NCBI GenBank assembly: GCA_031417255.1
Contig: JANOVD010000007.1
Span: 1 to 39,156 of the forward strand
Length of the DNA stretch: 39,156 bases
Origin: Chitinophagaceae bacterium
Lineage (GTDB): Bacteria > Bacteroidota > Bacteroidia > Chitinophagales > Chitinophagaceae
Reading direction: 5' to 3'
A model generated the notes under the pieces. It worked only from the letters and a program-made list of their open reading frames with translations. It was not told where the DNA came from and ran no database searches. The position numbers were made by a program, and so were the translations under genes. Numbering within the stretch: the stretch's first letter is position 1; every line of letters starts with the position of its first letter. This document shows positions 9,283 through 18,290 of this stretch, piece by piece.

Positions 9283-11676
9283 ATGGCTTATCCATATCAA
9301 ATAAAATCCCTGGAGCAATATCATAGTGATTATAAAAAAAGTATAGAAGACCCGGAAGGTTTTTGGGGCAATGTTGCCGAAAATTTTAACTGGCGAAAAA
9401 AGTGGGATAAAGTTTTAGATTGGAATTTTACCGAACCAAAAGTTGAATGGTTTGCCAATGCCAAACTCAACATCACCGAAAACTGTATTGACCGTCATCT
9501 TGAAAAGTCAGGTGATAAACCTGCTATCATCTGGGAACCAAACAATCCCGAAGAAAGAGTACGTGTGGTAACATACAATCGTTTGCATAAAAGGGTTTGC
9601 CAGTTTGCACAGGTGTTAAAAAACAATGGTGTTAAAAAAGGCGACCGTGTTTGTATTTACATGGGCATGATACCTGAGCTTGCTTATGCCGTGCTGGGTT
9701 GTGCAAGAATTGGCGCCATACATTCAGTAATTTTTGGCGGCTTTAGCGCACAAAGTATTGCCGACAGGCTTGAAGATGCAAATATTGAATTTATTGTTAC
9801 CTGCGATGGCGCTTACCGTGGTGCAAAAGATATAGCCCTGAAAAATATTATTGATGATGCATTGATAGGTAATAAAACCGTAAAGCGTGTTATTGTTTAT
9901 ACCCGAACAAGAACGCCGGTAAGTATGATAAAGGGCAGAGATGTTTGGTGGGAAGATGAGATGGAAAAGGTAGAAGAAGCCCATCCTAACCTTCCCGGAG
10001 GGAAGGAACAAAACCCTGCACTGTTCAGAGAGACTGCCAGGAATTCAACTTATAAATTGTTTAAAGAGTTAAGCCAGCAACACAAGGATAACCCAACGCA
10101 TGAAGAAATGATGTTGTGGCAAATGTTAAGGGCTGATAAAACATGCTACCACGTCAGGCGGCAACATATCATAGATGAATTTATAGTTGATTTTGTTTGC
10201 CTTAAAAAAATGCTCACAATAGAAATAGATGGTGGCTATCACAATACTCCAGAGCAAAAGGACTATGATACCGCAAGAACAAAATATTTATCAGACGCAG
10301 GCTTTACTGAAATAAGATTTACCAACGAAGATGTGAGGACCAATATCAATGCTGTTATAGAAAAAATAAAAAACAAACTCGACAGCATGCCAGATTCAGA
10401 TAAAAGCTCTAACAATATCAAGGGTTCAAAAGTCCTTCCGCTAACCAGCGGAGAGGATTTAGGAGGGGCTGCTGAAATGGATGCCGAAGACCCGTTGTTT
10501 ATTTTATACACTTCCGGATCAACCGGAAAACCAAAAGGCGTGGTACACAGCAGTGCAGGCTATATGGTTTGGGCCAACTATACTTTTGTAAATGTTTTTC
10601 AATACCAGCCCGGCGATGTGTTTTTTTGTACGGCTGATATTGGCTGGATAACCGGGCACAGTTATATAGTGTATGGCCCACTGAGTGCAGGGGCCACCAG
10701 TTTAATGTTTGAAGGAATACCAACCTGGCCGGATGCCGGAAGATTTTGGGACATTGTTGATAAACACAAAGTAAATATTCTATACACCGCACCAACTGCC
10801 ATACGCAGTTTAATGAGTTATGGTTTGGATCCGCTGAAAGGAAAAGATCTTTCTTCCTTAAAAGTATTGGGCACTGTTGGCGAACCCATCAATGAAGAAG
10901 CATGGCATTGGTATGATGAACATATTGGTAAGAAAAAATGCCCGATAGTTGATACCTGGTGGCAAACTGAAACCGGTGCCTGTTTAATAAGTAATATGGC
11001 AGGCATAACCCCCTCAAAACCAGGGTGGGCAACTTTGCCAATGCCCGGTGTTCAACCAGTTTTAGTAGATGAAAAAGGGAATGAGGTAACAGAGAAAGAT
11101 GAAAACGGAATGCTGAAAGGAAACCTTTGCATTAAGGCGCCATGGCCAGGTATTTTAAGAACAACATGGGGCGATCATGAACGCTGCCGCACCAACTATT
11201 TTGCAACCTATACCAATTTATATTTTACAGGCGATGGTGCATTGAAAGATGAAGCAGGAAATTACCGCATCACCGGAAGGGTTGATGATGTGCTGAACAT
11301 AAGCGGCCACCGCATTGGGACTGCCGAGGTTGAGAACGCCATTAATATGCATGCCGGTGTTATTGAAAGTGCAGTGGTTGGTTATCCGCATGATATTAAA
11401 GGGCAGGGTATTTATGCTTATGTTATTTGCAGCCATATGCATGGCGATATGGAGCATACCAAAAATGATATTTTACAAACCGTAACCAGGGTAATTGGTG
11501 CAATTGCCAAACCCGATAAAATTCAGTTTGTAACCGGCCTGCCTAAAACACGCAGTGGAAAAATAATGCGGCGCATTTTAAGAAAGATAGCCGAAGGTGA
11601 AACAGAAAACCTGGGTGATACTACAACCTTACTTGACCCGGCTGTTGTTGAGGAAATTAAAAGTGGAAAATTGTGA
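9283..11676 (+). CDS. acs: Acetyl-CoA synthetase carrying an in-frame DUF559 endonuclease insertion
   Basis: LYTSGSTGKPKG, DTWWQTETG, PKTRSGKIMRRILRK; 797 aa, longer than the usual ~630-650 aa. Confidence 0.96.
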   Translation: MAYPYQIKSLEQYHSDYKKSIEDPEGFWGNVAENFNWRKKWDKVLDWNFTEPKVEWFANAKLNITENCIDRHLEKSGDKPAIIWEPNNPEERVRVVTYNRLHKRVCQFAQVLKNNGVKKGDRVCIYMGMIPELAYAVLGCARIGAIHSVIFGGFSAQSIADRLEDANIEFIVTCDGAYRGAKDIALKNIIDDALIGNKTVKRVIVYTRTRTPVSMIKGRDVWWEDEMEKVEEAHPNLPGGKEQNPALFRETARNSTYKLFKELSQQHKDNPTHEEMMLWQMLRADKTCYHVRRQHIIDEFIVDFVCLKKMLTIEIDGGYHNTPEQKDYDTARTKYLSDAGFTEIRFTNEDVRTNINAVIEKIKNKLDSMPDSDKSSNNIKGSKVLPLTSGEDLGGAAEMDAEDPLFILYTSGSTGKPKGVVHSSAGYMVWANYTFVNVFQYQPGDVFFCTADIGWITGHSYIVYGPLSAGATSLMFEGIPTWPDAGRFWDIVDKHKVNILYTAPTAIRSLMSYGLDPLKGKDLSSLKVLGTVGEPINEEAWHWYDEHIGKKKCPIVDTWWQTETGACLISNMAGITPSKPGWATLPMPGVQPVLVDEKGNEVTEKDENGMLKGNLCIKAPWPGILRTTWGDHERCRTNYFATYTNLYFTGDGALKDEAGNYRITGRVDDVLNISGHRIGTAEVENAINMHAGVIESAVVGYPHDIKGQGIYAYVICSHMHGDMEHTKNDILQTVTRVIGAIAKPDKIQFVTGLPKTRSGKIMRRILRKIAEGETENLGDTTTLLDPAVVEEIKSGKL
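9978..10470 (+). mobile_element. Putative repeat-flanked DUF559 (Vsr-like) endonuclease element, in frame within acs
   Basis: Terminal inverted repeat agcccatcctaa / ttaggaggggct (11/12), each next to a GC hairpin; encodes T.EE..LW..LR, RRQH, IVDFVC, IEIDGGYH, D..RT..L...G...IRFTN. Confidence 0.8.
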
Positions 11677-12126
11677 TCACTCATTTTTTATTTCTTTAAA
11701 AATATTTTCACAGGCATTTAATTTTATTTCGCCTTCTCTGAATGTTTTTATCTCATCATCTTCTTCCGTTTCATACTTAATTTTATAAATGCCTGCTTTC
11801 AACTCGTATATAGTTTCCTGATTCTTAGGTAAAATTTTTAAAGACAAAATATTCGATTCATACGCATTACCATTTCGCCTGTATAAGCTTACCAGCAAAG
11901 GTTTACCTGTTGAATTTTTAATAGAAAAATCGCTTATGTTTTTAATTGCACAGCTGTCTTTTTTTTCAACAACAGATTGTTGGGACATCATGAATTTTGG
12001 TGTTTTAAAAACACGTATCAATTCCACCAATGTTTTTCCACCTTCAATAATGTTTGATGCTAAATTGCTTTGTGCTGTAGCATTAAAAGTTGTGATAACA
12101 ATTACTGCTAAAATTAATCTTCTCAT
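11677..12126 (-). CDS. Hypothetical secreted protein
   Basis: 149-aa ORF with signal peptide, convergent with acs. Confidence 0.75.
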   Translation of the reverse strand: MRRLILAVIVITTFNATAQSNLASNIIEGGKTLVELIRVFKTPKFMMSQQSVVEKKDSCAIKNISDFSIKNSTGKPLLVSLYRRNGNAYESNILSLKILPKNQETIYELKAGIYKIKYETEEDDEIKTFREGEIKLNACENIFKEIKNE

Positions 12127-12203
12127 AATAGTAGTTTTAATTCGGGTATATCTTCAGGATGCAATTTTATTCAGTATTACATAAAATCAAATTCATCAAC
12201 AAT

Positions 12204-12231
12204 AAAAAAGAGCCCCGTAAAGGGGCTCTTT
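12204..12231 (-). terminator. Intrinsic terminator of the M16 peptidase gene
   Basis: aaagagcccc-gtaaa-ggggctcttt hairpin with a T-run on the minus strand, ~20 bp after the stop. Confidence 0.85.
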
Positions 12232-12251
12232 CAAAGTGTATCATAAATATT

Positions 12252-15173
12252 TCAATACCCAAATATCTCCTGTAAACTCAATTTCTTTACCTCACCATAT
12301 TTCTTCATATCATCTTCACTTATTTTTTTGTCGGAAGCAACAATACAGTAAGTGTAAGGCTTGTTGGCAATATTTTCGGTATGGAATTGTTTCAATTCTT
12401 TATTGCCGATATTATTAACAGCAGTGTAAGTTTTCTTACGGATATCCTCATTCAATCCTTTGCGCTGGGCAGTAATATAATTGAAAATGATACCGTCCTG
12501 TGTTATACGTGCTGTTTCTATATCTTTCTTAATCCCATCACGTGCCACTTTAATATTTTGCTCCACGTTTGGCAGATCGTTCAGCAATTCATTCATGGCA
12601 ATGATAGATTCATTGAATTTATCGGCCTGGCAACCAACATAAGCCATGTTGTAGAAGGGGTCTTCTTTTTTATCGGGCTTAACATAAAAAGCAAAGGTTG
12701 AGTAAGCAAGCGCCTTACTTTCCCTGATGGTTTGAAAAACCAGGTCGCCCATGTAATTGTTATACATATCAATCACGGGTTCCTTATCTGCACTGTAGGC
12801 AGATGTATTCCGCACCCAGCGTATTTCAGCCTGCACCATGGTATAATCAGCAAATAAAACCTGATTTTTTGTTTGCTTTATGGGAGTGAATTTATTTTGT
12901 TCCTCAAATGCCATTAAGGTTGCCGGCATATTATGCTTCGTTTTTAATCCGGTGGTTAATTGCGACAATGGTTGAGGGCCGTAGTATATAATTTTATGAT
13001 CGTTACTGTTAAACCCATGCAGCAGATTTACCAGCCCTGCTGCTGTTATGGCATTCAATTCTGCATCACTAAGGGTATAATTGAAAGGATTTTTTTCGCC
13101 AAATCTTGCATAAGCGACCAAGCCATTCATAATGGCGCCTTTGTTTGCTTTGGCATCCGTTCTTGATTTTGTTATTCTGGCCTTTAATGCTTTCAATGCA
13201 TTTTCATCTGCTTTACAGTTTTTCAACAAATTCTCAAACAATTGTATTGCCTGGTTAAAATTTTCCTGCAGGCCTTCAATAGTTACCGTTGTAAACTCTG
13301 CAGATGCGCTGACGGTAAAGCTGCAGGCAATTTTATAAAACGCTTTGGTAATATCTTCTGCACTCATTTTATCGGTACCTAAAAACTGAAGATATTGTGC
13401 AGCAATACTTAAATTTTTATTATTCCAGGTTCCCATATTATAACGATAACGCAGTCGGAAAAGACTGTTGTCTTTATTCTGTACGTACAAAACTTCCGCA
13501 TCGCCAATTTTTGTTTTTTGCAGGTCCTTATTATAATCAAGCCAAACCGGTTTAACGGCTGTTGCCGGCATATTGTCAACCTGTTTTACAAAATCTGATT
13601 GGGCGTCGCGGTTTGTTTCTACCGGTGTAATGGGTGGCTTATCTACTTTAATGATATTTTTATCTTCGCCCTTGCGCTTTACAATAACCACATAATTCTC
13701 ACCAAAATATTTGTTGGCAAAAGCAACGATATCTTTTTTTGTTAATTTAGAAAGCAGGTCGGTATAAGCCACCTGTTCTTTCCAATCCAGTTCAGATGTA
13801 AAGGCATCCATCAGATCACTTGCCCTTGAACCATAGGTTTCAGTTGCCAGGATCGTATTTTTTTTCAGGTTATTGATGATGGATGTGATCAGGTTATCAT
13901 CAAAATTCCCTTTTTTCAAATTTTCAATCTCACCCAGCATCAGCGTTTTTACATCTTCCAAAGATTGGCCAAGTGTAGGCCTGCCCTGCATATACAGGAT
14001 GCCATAATCAATTAAAGTAAATACCGAAGTTGATGCTCCGAGTAATTTTTGTTTTTTAACCAGGTTCAGATCCATCAAACCGGCCTTGCCATTGGTAAGT
14101 ATCTGGCCCACAAGGTCGGCCAGTAAAACATCTTTTGATTTATTGCCCGGTAGCCTGAAACCAATGGTTACATTTTCAGCATCGGGGCCAACAACTTCTG
14201 CAGCAATTGGCGCAGTGATGGGTTGCTCGGGTTGAAAACTATATTTTGCAACAGGTCTATTTTGCATGTAAGCAAAAGTGGCGTCAATTTTTTTTATCAT
14301 TACATCCGCATTAAAATCGCCACTCATAATTACACCCATATTATTGGGTACATAATATTTATTAAAATACTTTCTTATCTCCACCAGTGATGGATTTTTT
14401 AAATGCTCAATGGTACCAATGGTGGTTTGTAAACCGTAATTATGATTTTTAAACAACTCTGCAAATAATTTTTCAAAAACCCTTCTGCCGTCAGTATCCA
14501 GTCCACGGTTTTTTTCTTCATACACCGCTTCAAGCTCGGTATGAAAAATCCGCAATGTTGGATTTCTGAAACGCTCGCCCTGCACTGCCAGGTATTTATC
14601 AATGGCGCTGGCCGGCACATCATCTGTATAAACCGTTTGCTCAAAAGATGTGAATGCATTGGTACCCTGTGCACCCATCGACGACATCATTTTATCGTAT
14701 TCATTGGCAATGGCATATTTTGATGCCACACCCGAAACCGAATCAATACGGTGGTAGATGGCTTTGCGTTTTTCAACATCGGTTGCTTTATTGTACTCTT
14801 CATACAATGCATCAATTTTATCCAGCTCAGGTTTTTCCTTTGCCCAATTTAATGATCCAAATTTATCGGTGCCTTTAAACAACATGTGCTCCAGGTAATG
14901 TGCCAGGCCGGTATTGCTGGCCGGATCGGTTTTGCTGCCGGCCTTGGTAGCAATATAGCATTGTATCCGGGGGTCTTTATTGGTAGGGCTTAAAATTACT
15001 GTAAGTCCGTTTTTTAAAGTATAAAACCTGGCTTTGGCCGGATCGTTGGTTACATATTTATAGGTGTAACCTCCCGAAGTAACTTCTTTCCAATCGTATT
15101 TGCCGGTTTGTGCAAATGCTGAAATAGTGCCTGTAAGCAACACTACAAATAATAATTGTTTAAGAAAATGCAT
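12252..15173 (-). CDS. Secreted M16 (insulinase family) zinc peptidase
   Basis: GLAHYLEHMLFKGT (HxxEH), NAFTS, signal peptide. Confidence 0.95.
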   Translation of the reverse strand: MHFLKQLLFVVLLTGTISAFAQTGKYDWKEVTSGGYTYKYVTNDPAKARFYTLKNGLTVILSPTNKDPRIQCYIATKAGSKTDPASNTGLAHYLEHMLFKGTDKFGSLNWAKEKPELDKIDALYEEYNKATDVEKRKAIYHRIDSVSGVASKYAIANEYDKMMSSMGAQGTNAFTSFEQTVYTDDVPASAIDKYLAVQGERFRNPTLRIFHTELEAVYEEKNRGLDTDGRRVFEKLFAELFKNHNYGLQTTIGTIEHLKNPSLVEIRKYFNKYYVPNNMGVIMSGDFNADVMIKKIDATFAYMQNRPVAKYSFQPEQPITAPIAAEVVGPDAENVTIGFRLPGNKSKDVLLADLVGQILTNGKAGLMDLNLVKKQKLLGASTSVFTLIDYGILYMQGRPTLGQSLEDVKTLMLGEIENLKKGNFDDNLITSIINNLKKNTILATETYGSRASDLMDAFTSELDWKEQVAYTDLLSKLTKKDIVAFANKYFGENYVVIVKRKGEDKNIIKVDKPPITPVETNRDAQSDFVKQVDNMPATAVKPVWLDYNKDLQKTKIGDAEVLYVQNKDNSLFRLRYRYNMGTWNNKNLSIAAQYLQFLGTDKMSAEDITKAFYKIACSFTVSASAEFTTVTIEGLQENFNQAIQLFENLLKNCKADENALKALKARITKSRTDAKANKGAIMNGLVAYARFGEKNPFNYTLSDAELNAITAAGLVNLLHGFNSNDHKIIYYGPQPLSQLTTGLKTKHNMPATLMAFEEQNKFTPIKQTKNQVLFADYTMVQAEIRWVRNTSAYSADKEPVIDMYNNYMGDLVFQTIRESKALAYSTFAFYVKPDKKEDPFYNMAYVGCQADKFNESIIAMNELLNDLPNVEQNIKVARDGIKKDIETARITQDGIIFNYITAQRKGLNEDIRKKTYTAVNNIGNKELKQFHTENIANKPYTYCIVASDKKISEDDMKKYGEVKKLSLQEIFGY

Positions 15174-15320
15174 ACAATAATTGTTTAGTTTTAAAATTGA
15201 GCGGCTAAAGTACTGATTCCCTGATTCAAATTTTTACCGTTCGCAATATTATTAACTTTAATTTTGAAAATCTTTTTATCTGAAATATGTTAAGCTTACC
15301 CAAATTCCTTCATTTTTAAA

Positions 15321-16556
15321 TTGACTGATCCAAAAAACATATCTATACTTGATTATACCTATGATCTTCCTGCGGAAAAGATTGCCCTGCATCCGCTGGC
15401 AGAAAGAGATGCATCCAAGCTCCTCATTTATCAAAACGGAAAGCTTAAACAGGATATTTATAAAAATATTGATGCTCACCTGCCGGCTGACAGCCTCCTC
15501 ATCTTCAATAATACCAAAGTTATAAAAGCAAGGATCATATTTACAAAACCAAGCGGTGGCCAGATAGAAATATTTTTGCTTGAGCCATTCCTGGCAGATT
15601 ATACATCAACATTATCAGCAACAAAAAAAACTATATGGAAATGTTTTATTGGCGGGGTGAGTAAGTGGAAACAAAATGAATTGGCAATAAGCAATTGGCA
15701 ATTGGCAATAAAAGCAAAATTAATTGAGAAACTTTCAGATGCATATGTAGTGGAATTTTCATGGACGCCTGCTGATTTAAGTTTTGCTGAAGTATTGGAA
15801 AAAGCTGGTGATATCCCTTTGCCGCCCTATATTAAAAGAAAAACCGAAGAAGCAGATACAGAGCGTTATCAAACCATTTATGCCAAAGATGAAGGATCAG
15901 TAGCTGCACCAACAGCGGGTCTTCATTTTACTGAAACAATTTTTAAACGCCTTGCACAAAAAAATATTAAACCAGATTTTGTAACCCTTCATGTGGGGGC
16001 AGGCACATTTAAACCTGTAAAAGCCGCAACCATGCTGGGGCATGAAATGCATGCCGAGTGGATTGATGTTAGTGTTGAAATGATTGAGCACCTCATTTTA
16101 CAAATAAATAAACCCATTGTTGCTGTTGGCACCACTTCGCTAAGAACACTGGAAAGCCTTTACTGGATGGGCGTTAAAGCAAATCTGCAACCGGCAATAA
16201 AACAATTGACAATTAATCAATGGGAAGTTTATGAAGCGCCTTTGGCAAACAGCAATATAACAGCTACTGAAGCTTTGGAATCTTTATTAACCTGGTTAAA
16301 GAAAAATAATCATCAAAAATTATTTACCCAATCTCAAATACTGATTGCCCCGGGTTATACTTTTAAAATAGCCAATGCCATCATCACCAATTTTCATCAG
16401 CCACAATCAACTTTACTTTTACTTGTTGCTGCAGCCGCAGGTAACGACCTGCCTACCGGACAGGCAGGCTGGAGAAAAATTTATGACTATGCCCTTCAAA
16501 ATGATTTTCGTTTTCTCAGTTATGGCGATGGCAGCCTTTTATTCATCAATCAATAA
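15321..16556 (+). CDS. queA: S-adenosylmethionine:tRNA ribosyltransferase-isomerase
   Basis: PLPPYIKR, GSVAAPTAGLHF, TLHVGAGTFKPV, TNFHQP, FLSYGD. Confidence 0.96.
   Translation: MTDPKNISILDYTYDLPAEKIALHPLAERDASKLLIYQNGKLKQDIYKNIDAHLPADSLLIFNNTKVIKARIIFTKPSGGQIEIFLLEPFLADYTSTLSATKKTIWKCFIGGVSKWKQNELAISNWQLAIKAKLIEKLSDAYVVEFSWTPADLSFAEVLEKAGDIPLPPYIKRKTEEADTERYQTIYAKDEGSVAAPTAGLHFTETIFKRLAQKNIKPDFVTLHVGAGTFKPVKAATMLGHEMHAEWIDVSVEMIEHLILQINKPIVAVGTTSLRTLESLYWMGVKANLQPAIKQLTINQWEVYEAPLANSNITATEALESLLTWLKKNNHQKLFTQSQILIAPGYTFKIANAIITNFHQPQSTLLLLVAAAAGNDLPTGQAGWRKIYDYALQNDFRFLSYGDGSLLFINQ
15679..15713. repeat. 7-mer tandem repeat inside queA
   Basis: aattggc aataagc aattggc aattggc aataaaa; encodes LAISNWQLAIK. 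Confidence 0.75.
16448..16468 (+). repeat. 21-bp palindromic element in frame in queA (LPTGQAG)
   Basis: cctgcct-accggac-aggcagg; the same sequence occurs at 31028-31047 on the minus strand. Confidence 0.9.
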
Positions 16557-16615
16557 AATTATCTTTCATTAGTTCTGTGTGACTTAATTTTATAAAAAAT
16601 TTTATCCTTCTTTAT

Positions 16616-17389
16616 ATGACTTTGAAAAAAATTATACACGCTCTTTTTAATAATACCGGTATCTATATTGGCAAAAGTCCAACTTTTAAAGGCAAGGCAA
16701 ATTTCAGCATTGATGAATTTCATTATGGCTTTTCATTTCCATCGGCAAATTATGCACCCTGGCAGGGAGATGAAGCTTTTATGAAAATATACAAGCAGAT
16801 AAAAAACAATACCCTGGTTGATATTTACCGTTGTTACGAACTGTGGCAATTGGTACAAAAAGTACAAACACTAAATGCCCATGCCGCTGTTCTGGAAGTT
16901 GGTGTTTGGCGGGGCGGCACAGCCGGCATTATGGCGCAGCAATTATCAAATTTAAAAAGTACAGCTACAATATACCTGGCCGATACTTTTACCGGTGTAG
17001 CCAAAGCCGGTGCCAACGATAGTTTTTATACCGGAGGCGAACACAGTGATACCAGCCGGCATATTGTGGAAGATGTTTTAAAAAATAAATGTCAGTACCC
17101 ACATTATAAAATCTTAAAAGGAATTTTTCCGGAGGATACCGCAAACAATATTGATGCAAATGAACAGTTTGGGCTTTGTCATATTGATGTAGATGTTTAC
17201 GATTCGGCAAAAGATATACTGGAATGGGTTTGGAATAAGCTTATACCTGTAGGCGTGGTTGTTTTTGATGATTATGTATTTCACACCTTTACCGGTGTTA
17301 CAAAGTTGGTTGAAGAATATCGTAATCATTCCGACAGGCAGATCATTCATAACCTGAATGGCCATGCCATAATGATTAAATTAAGATAG
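16616..17389 (+). CDS. TylF/MycF/NovP-related O-methyltransferase
   Basis: LEVGVWRGG, ADTFTG, KGIFPED, HIDVDVYDS, VFDDY. Confidence 0.9.
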   Translation: MTLKKIIHALFNNTGIYIGKSPTFKGKANFSIDEFHYGFSFPSANYAPWQGDEAFMKIYKQIKNNTLVDIYRCYELWQLVQKVQTLNAHAAVLEVGVWRGGTAGIMAQQLSNLKSTATIYLADTFTGVAKAGANDSFYTGGEHSDTSRHIVEDVLKNKCQYPHYKILKGIFPEDTANNIDANEQFGLCHIDVDVYDSAKDILEWVWNKLIPVGVVVFDDYVFHTFTGVTKLVEEYRNHSDRQIIHNLNGHAIMIKLR

Positions 17390-17397
17390 TTTGATTT

Positions 17398-17985
17398 TTA
17401 CTGGCGGATGGTTACCGGAGTACCAACAGGTATATAACTGTACAGGTCTTTCATCTCGGTATATTTTACAGAAACACAACCATCAGTCCAGTTATAAAAA
17501 TAATCAACTGTCCATTCTTCCTGTGGCCTTGTGGCATGTATAGCAATTCCATTGCCGATCTTGGCGTTTTTAGGTAACAGCCCTTTAGTTTTTCGGTCCT
17601 TAAATTTTTGAACACTGGTTTTGTTGGGATAATCCAATAGCAATTCGGGTCCCCACTTCTTGTGAATTTTTTTAATGACCACTTTAAAATTTCCCTCAGG
17701 AGTGCGCTTATCGCCTTCCCTCATTTTATCACTCAAATCTTTACTGCCAAATACAATAGGATAAGTTGCATACCAGCCCTCATTATCGTAAACATATAAT
17801 TCATATTCGCTTTTATCAACAATAATATAATAAGGATTGATTATGCTGTCTACATCAACAGCAATAACCCGTTTTGCAGACCCTGTTTTTTTAACGGCAG
17901 TTAACTTTTTGTTAACTGGTACAAAAGAAACCAATGCAGTAACAGTTGCAAAGAAGCCAATTCGAAAAATAAGTGTAAAATTCAT
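17398..17985 (-). CDS. L,D-transpeptidase (YkuD family)
   Basis: VDKS, KMREGDKRTPEG, IAIHAT, WTDGCVS. Confidence 0.9.
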   Translation of the reverse strand: MNFTLIFRIGFFATVTALVSFVPVNKKLTAVKKTGSAKRVIAVDVDSIINPYYIIVDKSEYELYVYDNEGWYATYPIVFGSKDLSDKMREGDKRTPEGNFKVVIKKIHKKWGPELLLDYPNKTSVQKFKDRKTKGLLPKNAKIGNGIAIHATRPQEEWTVDYFYNWTDGCVSVKYTEMKDLYSYIPVGTPVTIRQ

Positions 17986-18277
17986 CTGGTAAACAATTTT
18001 CTATTAAACCGCATACGATATGCCACACTAAATTATTTTATTCTGCCGAAAAACACTAACAAAAGATAAAAATTGTGAATAAATTATTAAAATCAACCCT
18101 CTGAAGCACTGTTTAACGTAACTGTGCTATCCATGTTGCAACTAAGGCAGATACCTGTTTGCCTGGGAAGTATAATCTAAAAGATTATTTGGCCTGCAAA
18201 CAATAATTAAATTCTGTAGCTGTTTGCTGTTTTTAAATTTCACTGGCGGCGGGTAGAATAGGTGGGGCTTTTTTCCT

Positions 18278-18285
18278 TAAATTTG
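18278..18285 (+). promoter_or_regulatory. Bacteroidota -7 promoter element of kbl
   Basis: TAAATTTG matches TAnnTTTG just upstream of the ATG. Confidence 0.55.
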
Positions 18286-18290
18286 TTGAT

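Noticed and set aside
9978-10470. Intein or self-splicing intron in acs
   Set aside because: No intein terminal residues or splicing blocks, and no recognisable group I/II intron features; the frame is continuous.
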